Shown piece by piece: positions 1 to 10,014 of a stretch of 64,000 bases of DNA. This DNA comes from Candidatus Kapaibacterium sp. (lineage in GTDB: Bacteria > Bacteroidota > Ignavibacteria > Kapaibacteriales > UBA2268). The notes below the pieces were generated by a model. It saw nothing but the letters and a program-made list of their open reading frames with translations. It made no database searches and was not told the origin of the DNA. Position 1 is the first letter of the stretch; each line of letters opens with the position of its first letter. The stretch is from NCBI GenBank assembly GCA_026418625.1, contig JAOABA010000015.1, positions 11,017 to 75,016 on the forward strand. Reading direction: 5' to 3'. A program made the translations under genes and the position numbers.

Positions 1-1764
1 ATGAGTAGCGTTCCTTCGGGTCGTATAAATGGTCAAATTGCACCTAAAACTGGAAATTGGTATGAAGGTGCTGTTGGTGACACACTTGCTTTGACTAATA
101 AGCTCGTTACAATACCTACTACATCTCCTATAACCATAAATATTGAATTCGAAAATAATGGAGCAAGCGGAAAAGTAAAGACAAAAATTGTTTCAACTCA
201 GAATTTCAGCGGTTTGAAATTAAGAATAGTAATTGTCGAAAAAGAGCATTATTATGAAAATGCAGGTAATAATGGTGAAAAACTCTTCCCCGATATCGCT
301 CGTGTTATGCTTCCCGACCACAATGGCACTACTGTCAATCTTCAAGCAAATGTCGAACAAAATTTTGAATTCGATTATAACCTTAAACCAGAAGTAAATT
401 TTGAATTGAAAGCAGTTGTTTTCCTGCAAGATGATAATACTAAGGAAATACTCCAATCTGGTGTCGTATTCAAAAAGCCTACAATAACATTGAGTGCAAC
501 TGGTGCTTTACTTAAAGTTGGAGATCAAGCTAATCCATTTGTAAAAACATACTCTCTTGAGAATGGCGGAGCTTCTGATGTATCATTTAATTTTAAGGCT
601 GAAAAAACAGCCAGAACCCCAGCTGATTGGAATGCTGTTGTTAACAACGCTGGTCCTATAGTCGTCCCTGCTGGAGGAAAAGCAGATATTAACTTGACTT
701 TTACTCCCGGTTCAACTCCCGGTATTGGTGATGCTTACATTGTTGCTACAAAGACCGATGACCCAAATTCGAAATTGACCTCGAACAATATCACAATGCT
801 ATCATCAAATATTCAGTCTATTCATGTCAATGACAATGAATCAACCTATGACATAAATCCAGCTATTATGGTAGGTCATCAACCGTTTGACTACATTAAC
901 TTAAAACCATCCGAATTTGTAGAGCTTGGTAATGACCTAAAAAATTTAAAATATTTAATTTGGAGCACAGGCGCAGGGAACCAATTTAATGCCGCTCAAG
1001 CAAGTTTTCTGACAACAATTGTCAATAAAAATGTTAATACTATGGTTGTTGGAAATCTTTCAGTGGCTTCACTTAGTAGTGCAAATGCACTTGGATTATT
1101 TGGTGTTGAATATCTTGGATGGAATATGGAAGGTTATGGTTATTCTCCTTACACAGTTTGGCTTGCTGGTATCGAGGGTGAAGAAATTTCAGAATTTCTT
1201 GGAACAAATGTTCAGGGAAGTTTAAAGAGCTACCTCTTACCGGTTCTAAAAATTATTGATAATAATACTGATCCTATTCTCCGATTCAGAAGCGACGGAA
1301 GATATGTAAATTGGAAAAACAGAACTGATACTGTCAACATAAAGGGTGAAAATGCAATTATTGCAGCAAAATATTCTTTTGGAGATAATAGAAGAATCAT
1401 TATGGGGTTCACCCCGTTCGTTTTTGTCAATCAATCTCAAAGGGATGAGTTTATAAGAAGAGCAGTTCAATGGCTGGAATTAGGAGCATTAAGTGTTGAT
1501 AATGATCTTTTGTCAAATAATGATATTATTCTAACACCAAACCCTGCGAGTGATTATTTGAAGCTTGATTTAGCTACTCTGAGTGCTTCAAATGTTAATA
1601 TTTCGATTATTGATATGCTTGGTAATAAGGTTATATCTCAATTTTTTGATGAAATGGGAATATCAGAAGTAATTGATGTTTCAGGTTTAGCTTCTGGAAG
1701 CTATATACTGCAATTAGTCTCAGGTAAAAATCAAATTACAAAACCTTTTGTAATTGTTAAATAA
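1..1764 (+). CDS. T9SS type A sorting-domain protein with Omp28-like domain (probably 5'-truncated by the window edge)
   Basis: Omp28-like segment (LKLRIVIVEKE...GNNGEK...VVFLQDDNTKEILQS) and a T9SS C-terminal domain (LTPNPASD...IIDMLGNKV...IDVSGLASGSYILQL...KPFVIVK). No signal peptide at position 1. Confidence 0.8.
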   Translation: MSSVPSGRINGQIAPKTGNWYEGAVGDTLALTNKLVTIPTTSPITINIEFENNGASGKVKTKIVSTQNFSGLKLRIVIVEKEHYYENAGNNGEKLFPDIARVMLPDHNGTTVNLQANVEQNFEFDYNLKPEVNFELKAVVFLQDDNTKEILQSGVVFKKPTITLSATGALLKVGDQANPFVKTYSLENGGASDVSFNFKAEKTARTPADWNAVVNNAGPIVVPAGGKADINLTFTPGSTPGIGDAYIVATKTDDPNSKLTSNNITMLSSNIQSIHVNDNESTYDINPAIMVGHQPFDYINLKPSEFVELGNDLKNLKYLIWSTGAGNQFNAAQASFLTTIVNKNVNTMVVGNLSVASLSSANALGLFGVEYLGWNMEGYGYSPYTVWLAGIEGEEISEFLGTNVQGSLKSYLLPVLKIIDNNTDPILRFRSDGRYVNWKNRTDTVNIKGENAIIAAKYSFGDNRRIIMGFTPFVFVNQSQRDEFIRRAVQWLELGALSVDNDLLSNNDIILTPNPASDYLKLDLATLSASNVNISIIDMLGNKVISQFFDEMGISEVIDVSGLASGSYILQLVSGKNQITKPFVIVK

Positions 1765-1833
1765 TATTGTTTTAGATTTGCTTAACTTGCTTAATAGCAA
1801 TTTACTCTTATCTAAGTAAAATTTTTATTATTT

Positions 1834-1880
1834 AAAGCTTTACATTCATTGAATTTTCATCAGCGAGTGTAAAGCTTTTT
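1834..1880 (+). terminator. Rho-independent terminator-like hairpin
   Basis: AAAGCTTTACATTC...GAGTGTAAAGCTTT inverted repeat followed by a T-run, downstream of ORF 1..1764. Confidence 0.65.
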
Positions 1881-1950
1881 TATTAACTCATATTATTAAA
1901 AATTTCTAACAATCCCTTATTATCTATTAAGAAATAAAAAACATTTTAAA

Positions 1951-1976
1951 GTCATACTGAACGAAGTGAAGCATCT
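1951..1976 (+). repeat. GTCA-tagged REP-like short palindrome
   Basis: GTCATACTGAACGAAGTGAAGCATCT. Same layout as the GTCATTCTGAC...GAAGAATCC module inside the repeat arrays, but in the opposite orientation to the modules of the adjacent array. Confidence 0.55.
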
Positions 1977-1984
1977 TTTTTAAA

Positions 1985-2793
1985 TTTTAGAATAATTAAG
2001 TCTAAACTTTGCGTTCTTTATGAATCCTCTGCGTCCTTTGCGTGAAATTCTTTTTATTTCTCGCAGAGTTCGCAAAGTCACCCGCAGAGTTCGCAGAGAT
2101 TTTTTTGCTTACATTTTTCAATGAACATTTTTTGAATGAGAAACACTTATTTCAAATCATAATGGATTCTTCAAAAGTTCGATTCTTAAAATGACCAGAA
2201 ATATAATTACTTCAAACATTTCTTTCTAATTTTTTAGAATAATTATGTTTAAAACTCTGCGTTCTCTTTGAATCCTCTGCGTCCTTTGCGCGAAATTCTT
2301 TTTATTTCTCGCAGAGTTCGCAAAGTCACCCGCAGAGTCCGCAGAGATTTTTTTGCTTACATTTTTCAATGAACATTTTTAAAATTGAAACACTTATTTC
2401 AAATCATAATGGATTCTTCAAAAGTTCGATTCTTAAAATGACCAGAAATATAATTACTTCAAATATTTATTTCCTTTTTTTATTAATTTAGTTTAAAACT
2501 CTGCGTTCTCCTTGAATCCTCTGCGCCCTTTGCGTGAAATTCTTTTTATTTCTCGCAGAGTTTGCAGATTTTTTTTTCTTACATTTTTCAATGAACATTT
2601 TTTGAATAAGAAACACCTATTTCAAATTATAATAGGACCTTCCAAACTTTTTTTGTCAGGTTGACAAAGAAAAATAATTACTTCAAATATTTTTCCCAAT
2701 TTTTAGAATAATATGTTTAAAACTCTGCGTTCTCTTTAAATTCTCTGCGTCCTTTGCGTGAAATTCTTTTTATTTCTCGCAGAGTTCGCAAAG
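1985..2793. repeat. Tandem array of ~224-248 bp palindromic composite repeats (about 3.3 units)
   Basis: The anchor GAATCCTCTGCG recurs at 2022, 2270, 2514 and, as a variant, ~2738. Units are bounded by TTTCTCGCAGAG...CTTTGCG(T/C)GAAA (2057-2295, 2305-2539, 2549-2763). Non-coding, between convergent genes. Confidence 0.95.
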
Positions 2794-2844
2794 TTTTTTA
2801 AGAACTTCAGATTTTTACTTAAGAGTTGAATTTGGAAAATTAGA

Positions 2845-3927
2845 TTATTTTATTGGAATCAAAACTTTAACGACAGTTTGCTTATCAGGTTCACTATCAA
2901 TTGTAAGTTTACCATTATAAATTTCAGTAATCTTCTTAACAATTGCAAGACCGAGACCCAAGCCCTGCTGTTCAAATTCTCGTCTATTAAATTGTTGAAA
3001 AGCTCCAATTGCATTTATTTCTTCTGCTGTCATTCCTCTGCCGAAATTTGTAACTTCTATTATCAAATTATTATCATAAACCCTAACTTTAAGCTCAACG
3101 TTTGTATCCCTTTGAGAAAATTTAAATCCATTATGAACTAATTCCTCAATGATTTTAAGAAAGTGCTCGCTTGATATTTTACCTTTGATAACACCGAGAT
3201 TAATAACTAAGTCGTTTTTTCTTCGATAAATGTCAGCTATATTATTACACATATTAATAATCATATCATCGGTAACATTGAGCATTTGCTCCTCTTTTTC
3301 TGAAATAATATGTTCATTTGCCAGTAATTTTGTATAAAAAATATAGTTCACAATAAGTCTTAAAAGTCTCAAACCCGCATCGTGAATGTTATCAAAAATA
3401 GTCTGTAGTTCTTGCTCTTCCATTTCTTTATAACCCGAACGCAATATTTGAGAAAAGCCAAGAATAGTATTCAATGGAGTTCTTAACTCATGGGGTATAG
3501 ATGTTGTTATATTTAATATTAGATTTTCAAGTTGTTTATCGTAGAAATCATAAGCCTTTTTCTTGTATTCAAGTCTTGTATTAATTGAATTAATAATATC
3601 TGTATAGTCAAAAGGTTTAGTAATATAATCATCAGCACCAAGTTCCATTCCCCGTCTTAAATCATTTTTTTCACTTTTAGCCGTAAGGAAAATAAATGGA
3701 GTGGAGAATGTCTTCGGATTAGAACGAACAAATTGAAGAACTTCATAACCATTTTTTTCTGGCATAGTAACATCACAAATAATAAGATCCGGATTACTAA
3801 TATTTAATAAATCAATTCCAACCAAGCCGTTATTTGCTGTCTGGACCTGATGGTTTTCAAGTTCGAGGATTTCTACAATATTTTCTGTAACTTCAGGATC
3901 GTCTTCAATTAATAATATTCTTGCCAT
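2845..3927 (-). CDS. Hybrid response regulator / histidine kinase (REC-HisKA-HATPase)
   Basis: RILLIEDD...DLIICDVTMP...FLTAK...KPF receiver domain, HELRTPLN H-box and GLGLGLAIVK G2 box. Start placed at MARILL; the ORF track starts at 3939. Confidence 0.9.
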   Translation of the reverse strand: MARILLIEDDPEVTENIVEILELENHQVQTANNGLVGIDLLNISNPDLIICDVTMPEKNGYEVLQFVRSNPKTFSTPFIFLTAKSEKNDLRRGMELGADDYITKPFDYTDIINSINTRLEYKKKAYDFYDKQLENLILNITTSIPHELRTPLNTILGFSQILRSGYKEMEEQELQTIFDNIHDAGLRLLRLIVNYIFYTKLLANEHIISEKEEQMLNVTDDMIINMCNNIADIYRRKNDLVINLGVIKGKISSEHFLKIIEELVHNGFKFSQRDTNVELKVRVYDNNLIIEVTNFGRGMTAEEINAIGAFQQFNRREFEQQGLGLGLAIVKKITEIYNGKLTIDSEPDKQTVVKVLIPIK

Positions 3928-6754
3928 TGATTTTATCATTATTGATAAACATAATTGTAAATTCAGAACCTTCGTTAATCTTACTTTTTACATAAATTGT
4001 TCCGTTGATTGCATTAAGACAGCTTTTTACTATAGCTAATCCAAGTCCTGTTCCAGGATAAAGTTCTACATTTTTTGACCTATAAAAAGGTTCAAATAAA
4101 TTAAGTTGATCTTCATCGGGAATTCCAATACCTCGGTCAATTATCTTTATGCCCATAATATCATTTTGTGCTGACAATTCAATTGTAATTAAATTGTTAT
4201 TAGGTGAATATTTTACTGCATTGCTAAGTAAATTAAAAAGTATTTTTTTCAATAAAAGTTTATCTGTAAAAATAAATTTGATATTCTTATCATTTATTAT
4301 CTCAAACGTATGGTTTGAATTATAAATAATTTTTAAGTCTTCGAAAATTTCATCAAATAACTCAAATAAATCAAATTTTTCTGGAGAAAATTTAATCTTT
4401 CCAGCTTCACTTTTTGAAATAGTAACAACATTTTCAAGAAGATTGACTAACGATTTAACTGAAGTTTTTATTTTTGTTAAATGTTTGTCCAAACTATCAT
4501 AACTACTTCTTTTGATGTATTCCTCTATCAAATGGACTGATGAGTTTATTATAGTTAATGGAGTGCGATATTCGTGGGAAACCATATTAATGAAACTTGA
4601 TTTGAGTTCGTTCAGTTCTTTTTCTTTATCTAATGCTAATGAGAGATTATCTTTGATTGCAAGTAGTTCTAATTCTGTTCTTTTTCTTTCTTCGTTTTCA
4701 AAAGTTAGCTCTTCATAGGCTTGTTGGAGTTGATGGGTACGTTCTTTGACTTTTTCCTCTAAAATTTGATTCATATTTTCCAACTTATGCTTAGCAACAA
4801 CTCTATCAGACACATCTGAAAGTATTACAGCACATTTATTTTTTTCGGGTGAAAAGAATGATAAATCAAAATATGCTTCATCTGAAAATTTTACCTCTTC
4901 CAAAAAATAATTTTTTCCATTAATAGCAACATCATAAGCAATTTTATCAAATCCTTGAAATTTATCATAAACTTGTGATGCTTTCTTCCCTATTATATCT
5001 TTTTTACTGATATTTAAAAACTTTTCAGCCGTTGGATTAATATCCACAAAAGCAAAATCATACGTTCCATCATCTTCAAATATGATTTCGCAAAGAATCA
5101 ACCCTTCTAACATCATATTAAATAAGTTCCTGTATTTTGCCTCGCTAATCTGAAGGGCTTTTTCCTTTTCTCTCATATAAGTGATATCGGAAATAAAGCC
5201 TTCGAGCGCCAAAACCTGATTGTTTTCTTCGTCAAAAATTGCCCTTCCTCTTTCCCAAAGCCATTTGATTTCTTTATTCTTAGATAATATTCTATAACTC
5301 AGAGTATAGCTGGAACCATCTTGAATAGCTTTTTGGATAGTATCCCATACGTATTGTCTGTCATCTGGTAATATGAGGTCATTATATGAAATTTTTTTAT
5401 TACCAACTATTTCACTGGAATGATAACCTGTTATTTCATAGCAGCCGTCACTTATAAATTGCATTGTCCAATGTCTGTCATTAAGGCATCTATATGCCAT
5501 ACCGGGCAAATTGCTTATTAATGTTTTTAATTTTCTCTCATTCTCTTTAATTAACTCGTTTGCTTTTTTAATCTCAGTTATGTCTCTTGCTGTTCCTAAA
5601 ATTACCTGAAATCCATTTAACTTAATAACGTGATTAGAAAATTCAACAAATCTAATCAATCCACTTTTTTTTATTATCCTAATTTCAAAAGGGTTATAAT
5701 CTGGAGACCTCAATATTCCGGTTTGCAAATAAAGCTTTAATTTATGTTTATCATCCGGATGGATAATATTCAAAATATTCATTCCAAACAGTTCTTCTTT
5801 GGAATAGCCAGTAATTTCACTTGCGACGGAGTTAGAGAAAATGATAATATTGCTTTTTGTAATATAAATTGCTTCCTTTATATTCTCAACCACAGTCCTA
5901 TAAAGTAATTCGCTTTCTCTTAAAGCTGTTTCTGCTTTTTTTCTCTCTGTGAAGTCGTCAATTATACCTTGATAGCCTATCGTCTGCCCTTGAGCAGATT
6001 TTATCTCAATAGAATTCAACAAAGCAATTATTGTTTCCCCGTTTTTCTTCTTTAGCTCGACTTCAAAATCCTTAACATAGCCATTTACTGCTATCTCTGC
6101 TTGAAAAAGAACTCTATGAGATGGATCTTTATATAAATCAACTGAATTTATGTTAAATAATTCGTCTCTTGAGTAGCCAAGTAATTTCTCAAATGATTTA
6201 TTGAAGTCAATTATAGTTCCATCAACAAGGGAATAGTAAACAGCATCAACTGAATTTTGAAAAAGAACCTGATATTTTTCTTTTATTTCGTGGTGTTGAT
6301 TTTCTAAAGTGTTGAGTTTTCTTCTTTTTTCTATTATTGATAATGAATTTTCTAATATTTTTTCAATTAACTCATTATCAAAATTTTCAGATGTATCAAG
6401 AAAGCAATCTAAAGCATTATATTCTAATTTAGCTAATATAAATTCCCTTGTATAAACTTTTGAATAAAGAATAAAATTAAGTCCAATAAAATTCAGTATT
6501 GATACTATCTTGTCTAATATATCAAATTCAATATCATAATTTACTATTGCAATTTCGAATTGATTTAAAATGTGTGAGTTTCTGATTATATAGCTTTCAT
6601 CTGCATTAGTAATATTGAAAAGAGATTTATTGAGATTTTTGGTGATTCTAATAAAACCATCTTCATTAAAACCTATAAGGATAATTTCGTATTTATTTTC
6701 GGCTTCTTTTTTGGTAGAATAATATTTTAAAACGGTATTTAACTGCTCGTTCAT
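3905..6754 (-). CDS. Multi-PAS sensor histidine kinase
   Basis: Four PAS/PAC-like repeats ending in DFTERK, DITEIK, DITYMR and DVSDRV. SHEYRTPL H-box, NLLSNAVKYS, DRGIGIP and GTGLGLAIVK. Confidence 0.93.
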   Translation of the reverse strand: MNEQLNTVLKYYSTKKEAENKYEIILIGFNEDGFIRITKNLNKSLFNITNADESYIIRNSHILNQFEIAIVNYDIEFDILDKIVSILNFIGLNFILYSKVYTREFILAKLEYNALDCFLDTSENFDNELIEKILENSLSIIEKRRKLNTLENQHHEIKEKYQVLFQNSVDAVYYSLVDGTIIDFNKSFEKLLGYSRDELFNINSVDLYKDPSHRVLFQAEIAVNGYVKDFEVELKKKNGETIIALLNSIEIKSAQGQTIGYQGIIDDFTERKKAETALRESELLYRTVVENIKEAIYITKSNIIIFSNSVASEITGYSKEELFGMNILNIIHPDDKHKLKLYLQTGILRSPDYNPFEIRIIKKSGLIRFVEFSNHVIKLNGFQVILGTARDITEIKKANELIKENERKLKTLISNLPGMAYRCLNDRHWTMQFISDGCYEITGYHSSEIVGNKKISYNDLILPDDRQYVWDTIQKAIQDGSSYTLSYRILSKNKEIKWLWERGRAIFDEENNQVLALEGFISDITYMREKEKALQISEAKYRNLFNMMLEGLILCEIIFEDDGTYDFAFVDINPTAEKFLNISKKDIIGKKASQVYDKFQGFDKIAYDVAINGKNYFLEEVKFSDEAYFDLSFFSPEKNKCAVILSDVSDRVVAKHKLENMNQILEEKVKERTHQLQQAYEELTFENEERKRTELELLAIKDNLSLALDKEKELNELKSSFINMVSHEYRTPLTIINSSVHLIEEYIKRSSYDSLDKHLTKIKTSVKSLVNLLENVVTISKSEAGKIKFSPEKFDLFELFDEIFEDLKIIYNSNHTFEIINDKNIKFIFTDKLLLKKILFNLLSNAVKYSPNNNLITIELSAQNDIMGIKIIDRGIGIPDEDQLNLFEPFYRSKNVELYPGTGLGLAIVKSCLNAINGTIYVKSKINEGSEFTIMFINNDKINGKNIIN

Positions 6755-6772
6755 AATTTTTCCCCAATAGCA

Positions 6773-8083
6773 TCATAAATTATCGGAATAGAAGCCAGAT
6801 TTCATTAACCAACCACGAATTTTGTTCGAGATAGCATCCTTTTTCTTGTGTAATTTCAGAAATTGCTCAAAGTCCTGAGCTGCTAAATGGTATTTTTCTA
6901 ATTTTCTAAAAACAACAGCACGATTTAAATAAGATTTTGCATAGTCTGGTTTAATTTCTATAGCGTTTGTAAATTCTTCAATTGCTTTGTCATAAGCTTT
7001 CAATTTATAGTAAATAGTTGCTTTGGCGAATAAAGCACTAATGAAATTGGGAGAGATTTTAAGTGCTTTTGTAAGGTCGCTTAAAGCTTCTTTATATTGA
7101 CTGAGATGGATATAAGCATTGCCTCGCCCAAAATATGCTTGTGCTGAGGATGAATCCAATTCTATTGCTTTATCAAAATCAATAATGGCTTCTATATAAT
7201 TGCCCATTTTAATATTGGTATTGCCCCTATTAACATAAATTTGGGAGGAATTTGTTAATAACAACAAAGCTCTGTCGTAATTTTCTAATGCTAATTCATA
7301 TTCCTTTAGTCCGAAATATGCTATGCCACGATTATTATAATAATTCCCATCATTAGGTTCAAGAGAAATAACCGCATTAAAATCATCCAGTGCTGCTTTA
7401 TACTGCTTTAATATCAAATAAATCATCCCCCTGTAATTTCTTGCAATGGCTGATTCAGGTGATAATGTTACTGCTGCATTAAAGTCAGCCAAAGCCTCCT
7501 TAAACATTTTCAATTTTGAGTGAACAAGTCCCCTTGATATATATGCTTTTTCGTAGCGTGGATTGAGGGATAAAGCTTTATGATAATCTTGAAGTGATTG
7601 ATGATAGTTTTCAAGTTCAAAATTTGAGGAAGCTCTATAAAAATATGAAAGCATATATTCCGGATTTAATTCAATAGCTTTATCAAAATTTTCAATTGCT
7701 TCTGCAAACTTGCTCAAACGAAATAAAGCCAGACCTTTCCTATAATATGCATAAGAAAAATCAGGATTATATTTAATTGCACTATTAAAATCTTTTATGG
7801 CTCTGTCATATTGATTAAGCTCTAATAGAGCAATACCCCTTTTGAAATAAGCAAAAGCAAATTCAGTGTTAAGAAGGATTGCATTATTGAAATAAACAAT
7901 AGCTTCCTGAAAATTTCCTTTGTCGGATAGAGCGTTTCCACATTTGAAATGAGCAAAAGAAGCTCTTGAATTGACTTCAATTGCAGATTTATAGGCTTCA
8001 ATAGCTTTATCGAGTTCTCCCGATTTATATGCTATATCGCCTTCCTCGACCCACTCTTCGACAGTTTTCGATTTAACATCCAT
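6773..8083 (-). CDS. Tetratricopeptide repeat protein
   Basis: About 11-12 tandem 34-aa repeats of the AY..RG.A...L..Y..AI.DF..AI.L.P type. Confidence 0.93.
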   Translation of the reverse strand: MDVKSKTVEEWVEEGDIAYKSGELDKAIEAYKSAIEVNSRASFAHFKCGNALSDKGNFQEAIVYFNNAILLNTEFAFAYFKRGIALLELNQYDRAIKDFNSAIKYNPDFSYAYYRKGLALFRLSKFAEAIENFDKAIELNPEYMLSYFYRASSNFELENYHQSLQDYHKALSLNPRYEKAYISRGLVHSKLKMFKEALADFNAAVTLSPESAIARNYRGMIYLILKQYKAALDDFNAVISLEPNDGNYYNNRGIAYFGLKEYELALENYDRALLLLTNSSQIYVNRGNTNIKMGNYIEAIIDFDKAIELDSSSAQAYFGRGNAYIHLSQYKEALSDLTKALKISPNFISALFAKATIYYKLKAYDKAIEEFTNAIEIKPDYAKSYLNRAVVFRKLEKYHLAAQDFEQFLKLHKKKDAISNKIRGWLMKSGFYSDNL

Positions 8084-8194
8084 GTTATTTATTTAATTAT
8101 CTCTACAATTTTATATTATCGGTTTTGCTCTTTTCAACTAAAGTTTTTTTGATAAATTTGTTATTACTAAAATAAATAAAATTAAATTTCATTT

Positions 8195-8941
8195 ATGATA
8201 AAAAACAAAAAGATTGTTGTTGTTCTTCCAGCATACAATGCAGAAAAAACCCTTGAAAAAACATATAGCGAAATCCCGATGGATATTGTTGACGAGGTAT
8301 TATTGGTTGATGATGCAAGCAATGACAAAACAGTCGAAATAGCAAAGAAATTAGGAATTAAATATTTACAACACAGCGATAATCTCGGTTATGGTGCCAA
8401 TCAAAAAACTTGTTATTCAAAGGCACTTGAGCTTGGTGCTGATATAATTATTATGCTACATCCAGACTATCAATATACTCCAAAGTTAATACATTCAATG
8501 GCTTACATAATTGCAAACGACATTTACCCAGTTGTTTTTGGATCGAGGATTTTAGGAAAAGGTGCTTTAAAAGGTGGTATGCCAATTTATAAATATATCG
8601 CAAATAGGATTCTTACTTTATTACAAAATATAATTATTAGCCAAAAATTATCAGAATACCACACTGGTTATCGTGCATACTCATCAGAGGTATTGAGAAA
8701 AATTAATTATCTAAATAATTCTAATGATTTTATCTTTGATAATGAAGTTGTTGCACAAATATTTATGGCTGGATACGAAATTGCAGAAATAACCTGCCCA
8801 ACAAAATATTTCAAAGACGCTTCCTCAATTAATTTCATAAGAAGTATTAAATATGGGTTTGGGGTTTTGAGAGTATCTCTTTTGTATTTTTTACATAAGT
8901 TGGGCATAAAAAAAATAAAACTATTTAAGATGAATAATTAA
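8195..8941 (+). CDS. Glycosyltransferase family 2 (DPM1-like)
   Basis: VVLPAYNAEKTL, LVDDASND, NLGYGANQK, HPDYQY. Confidence 0.9.
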   Translation: MIKNKKIVVVLPAYNAEKTLEKTYSEIPMDIVDEVLLVDDASNDKTVEIAKKLGIKYLQHSDNLGYGANQKTCYSKALELGADIIIMLHPDYQYTPKLIHSMAYIIANDIYPVVFGSRILGKGALKGGMPIYKYIANRILTLLQNIIISQKLSEYHTGYRAYSSEVLRKINYLNNSNDFIFDNEVVAQIFMAGYEIAEITCPTKYFKDASSINFIRSIKYGFGVLRVSLLYFLHKLGIKKIKLFKMNN

Positions 8942-8998
8942 TTACTTCGTCAATTCTAATTCTTAATTATAATTTTAACGAAACTATAGCTTTAAATA

Positions 8999-10003
8999 AT
9001 GGGATTATTCGATAAATTTAAGGAAAAAATTGCTTCTGCAGTTCAATCAACTACTGAAGCCCTTGGTTTTAATAAAGTTCAGAAAGGGTTAGAGAAAACA
9101 CGGTCAAACTTCTTTCAAAAATTTCAATCAATACTCGGCATCGGTAGAAAAATTGACCAATCACTTTTGAATGACATTGAGGATATATTAATTTCATCTG
9201 ATATTGGTATTAAATCCACTGAAAAAATTATCAAAGCTTTAAAGGAAAGAATTAAAAAAGAAGGTTTCGAGGACTCAAGTGATGTCATACTTATCTTAAA
9301 GGAAGAAATCCAAAAGATACTCGTAGAATCGCCGTCTGCCAATGTAGATAGAGAATATAAAATTGATGAAAATAATAAGCCTCACACAATTTTAGTAATT
9401 GGCGTGAATGGTGTTGGTAAGACAACAACTATCGGGAAACTTGCTTATAACTATAAACAGGTTGGGAGGAAAGTTCTTATCGGTGCGGCAGATACTTTCA
9501 GAGCCGCTGCAAACGAACAATTGGAAATTTGGGCTGAAAGAGCGGGTGTTCCTATTGTGCAGCAAAAGCAAGGCGCCGACCCAGCATCTGTTGCATACGA
9601 TACTCTTAATTCAGCTATCTCTAAAGGTTTCGATGTAGTTATTATTGACACAGCTGGAAGACTACACAATAAAACGAATCTAATGGCAGAGCTTGAAAAA
9701 ATTTCGAGGGTTATGAAAAAACTTAAAGCTGATGCTCCAAACGACGTTTTTCTTGTTCTTGATGCAACAACTGGTCAAAATGCTATTCAACAGGCTAAGG
9801 AATTTTCTAAAGTTGCTCAAATTACTGGTATTATATTAACAAAGTTAGACGGCACTGCAAAGGGAGGCGTTGTCATACCTATCGCTGATGAACTTGGAAT
9901 CCCTGTCCGATATATTGGTGTAGGAGAAAAAATTGATGATTTGCAGGTTTTCGACCCAGTGCTTTTCGTTGAAGCATTATTTGATAATAATGAAACAAAC
10001 TAA
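8999..10003 (+). CDS. ftsY: Signal recognition particle receptor FtsY
   Basis: GVNGVGKTTTIGKLA, DTFRAAA, DTAGRLH, TKLDGTAKGG. Confidence 0.97.
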   Translation: MGLFDKFKEKIASAVQSTTEALGFNKVQKGLEKTRSNFFQKFQSILGIGRKIDQSLLNDIEDILISSDIGIKSTEKIIKALKERIKKEGFEDSSDVILILKEEIQKILVESPSANVDREYKIDENNKPHTILVIGVNGVGKTTTIGKLAYNYKQVGRKVLIGAADTFRAAANEQLEIWAERAGVPIVQQKQGADPASVAYDTLNSAISKGFDVVIIDTAGRLHNKTNLMAELEKISRVMKKLKADAPNDVFLVLDATTGQNAIQQAKEFSKVAQITGIILTKLDGTAKGGVVIPIADELGIPVRYIGVGEKIDDLQVFDPVLFVEALFDNNETN

Positions 10004-10014
10004 ACATATTAATT

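Noticed and set aside
1985-2793. CRISPR array interpretation of the tandem repeats (also 52036-52865)
   Set aside because: The whole ~245 bp unit is repeated, with no unique spacers between short repeats, and there are no cas genes in the window.
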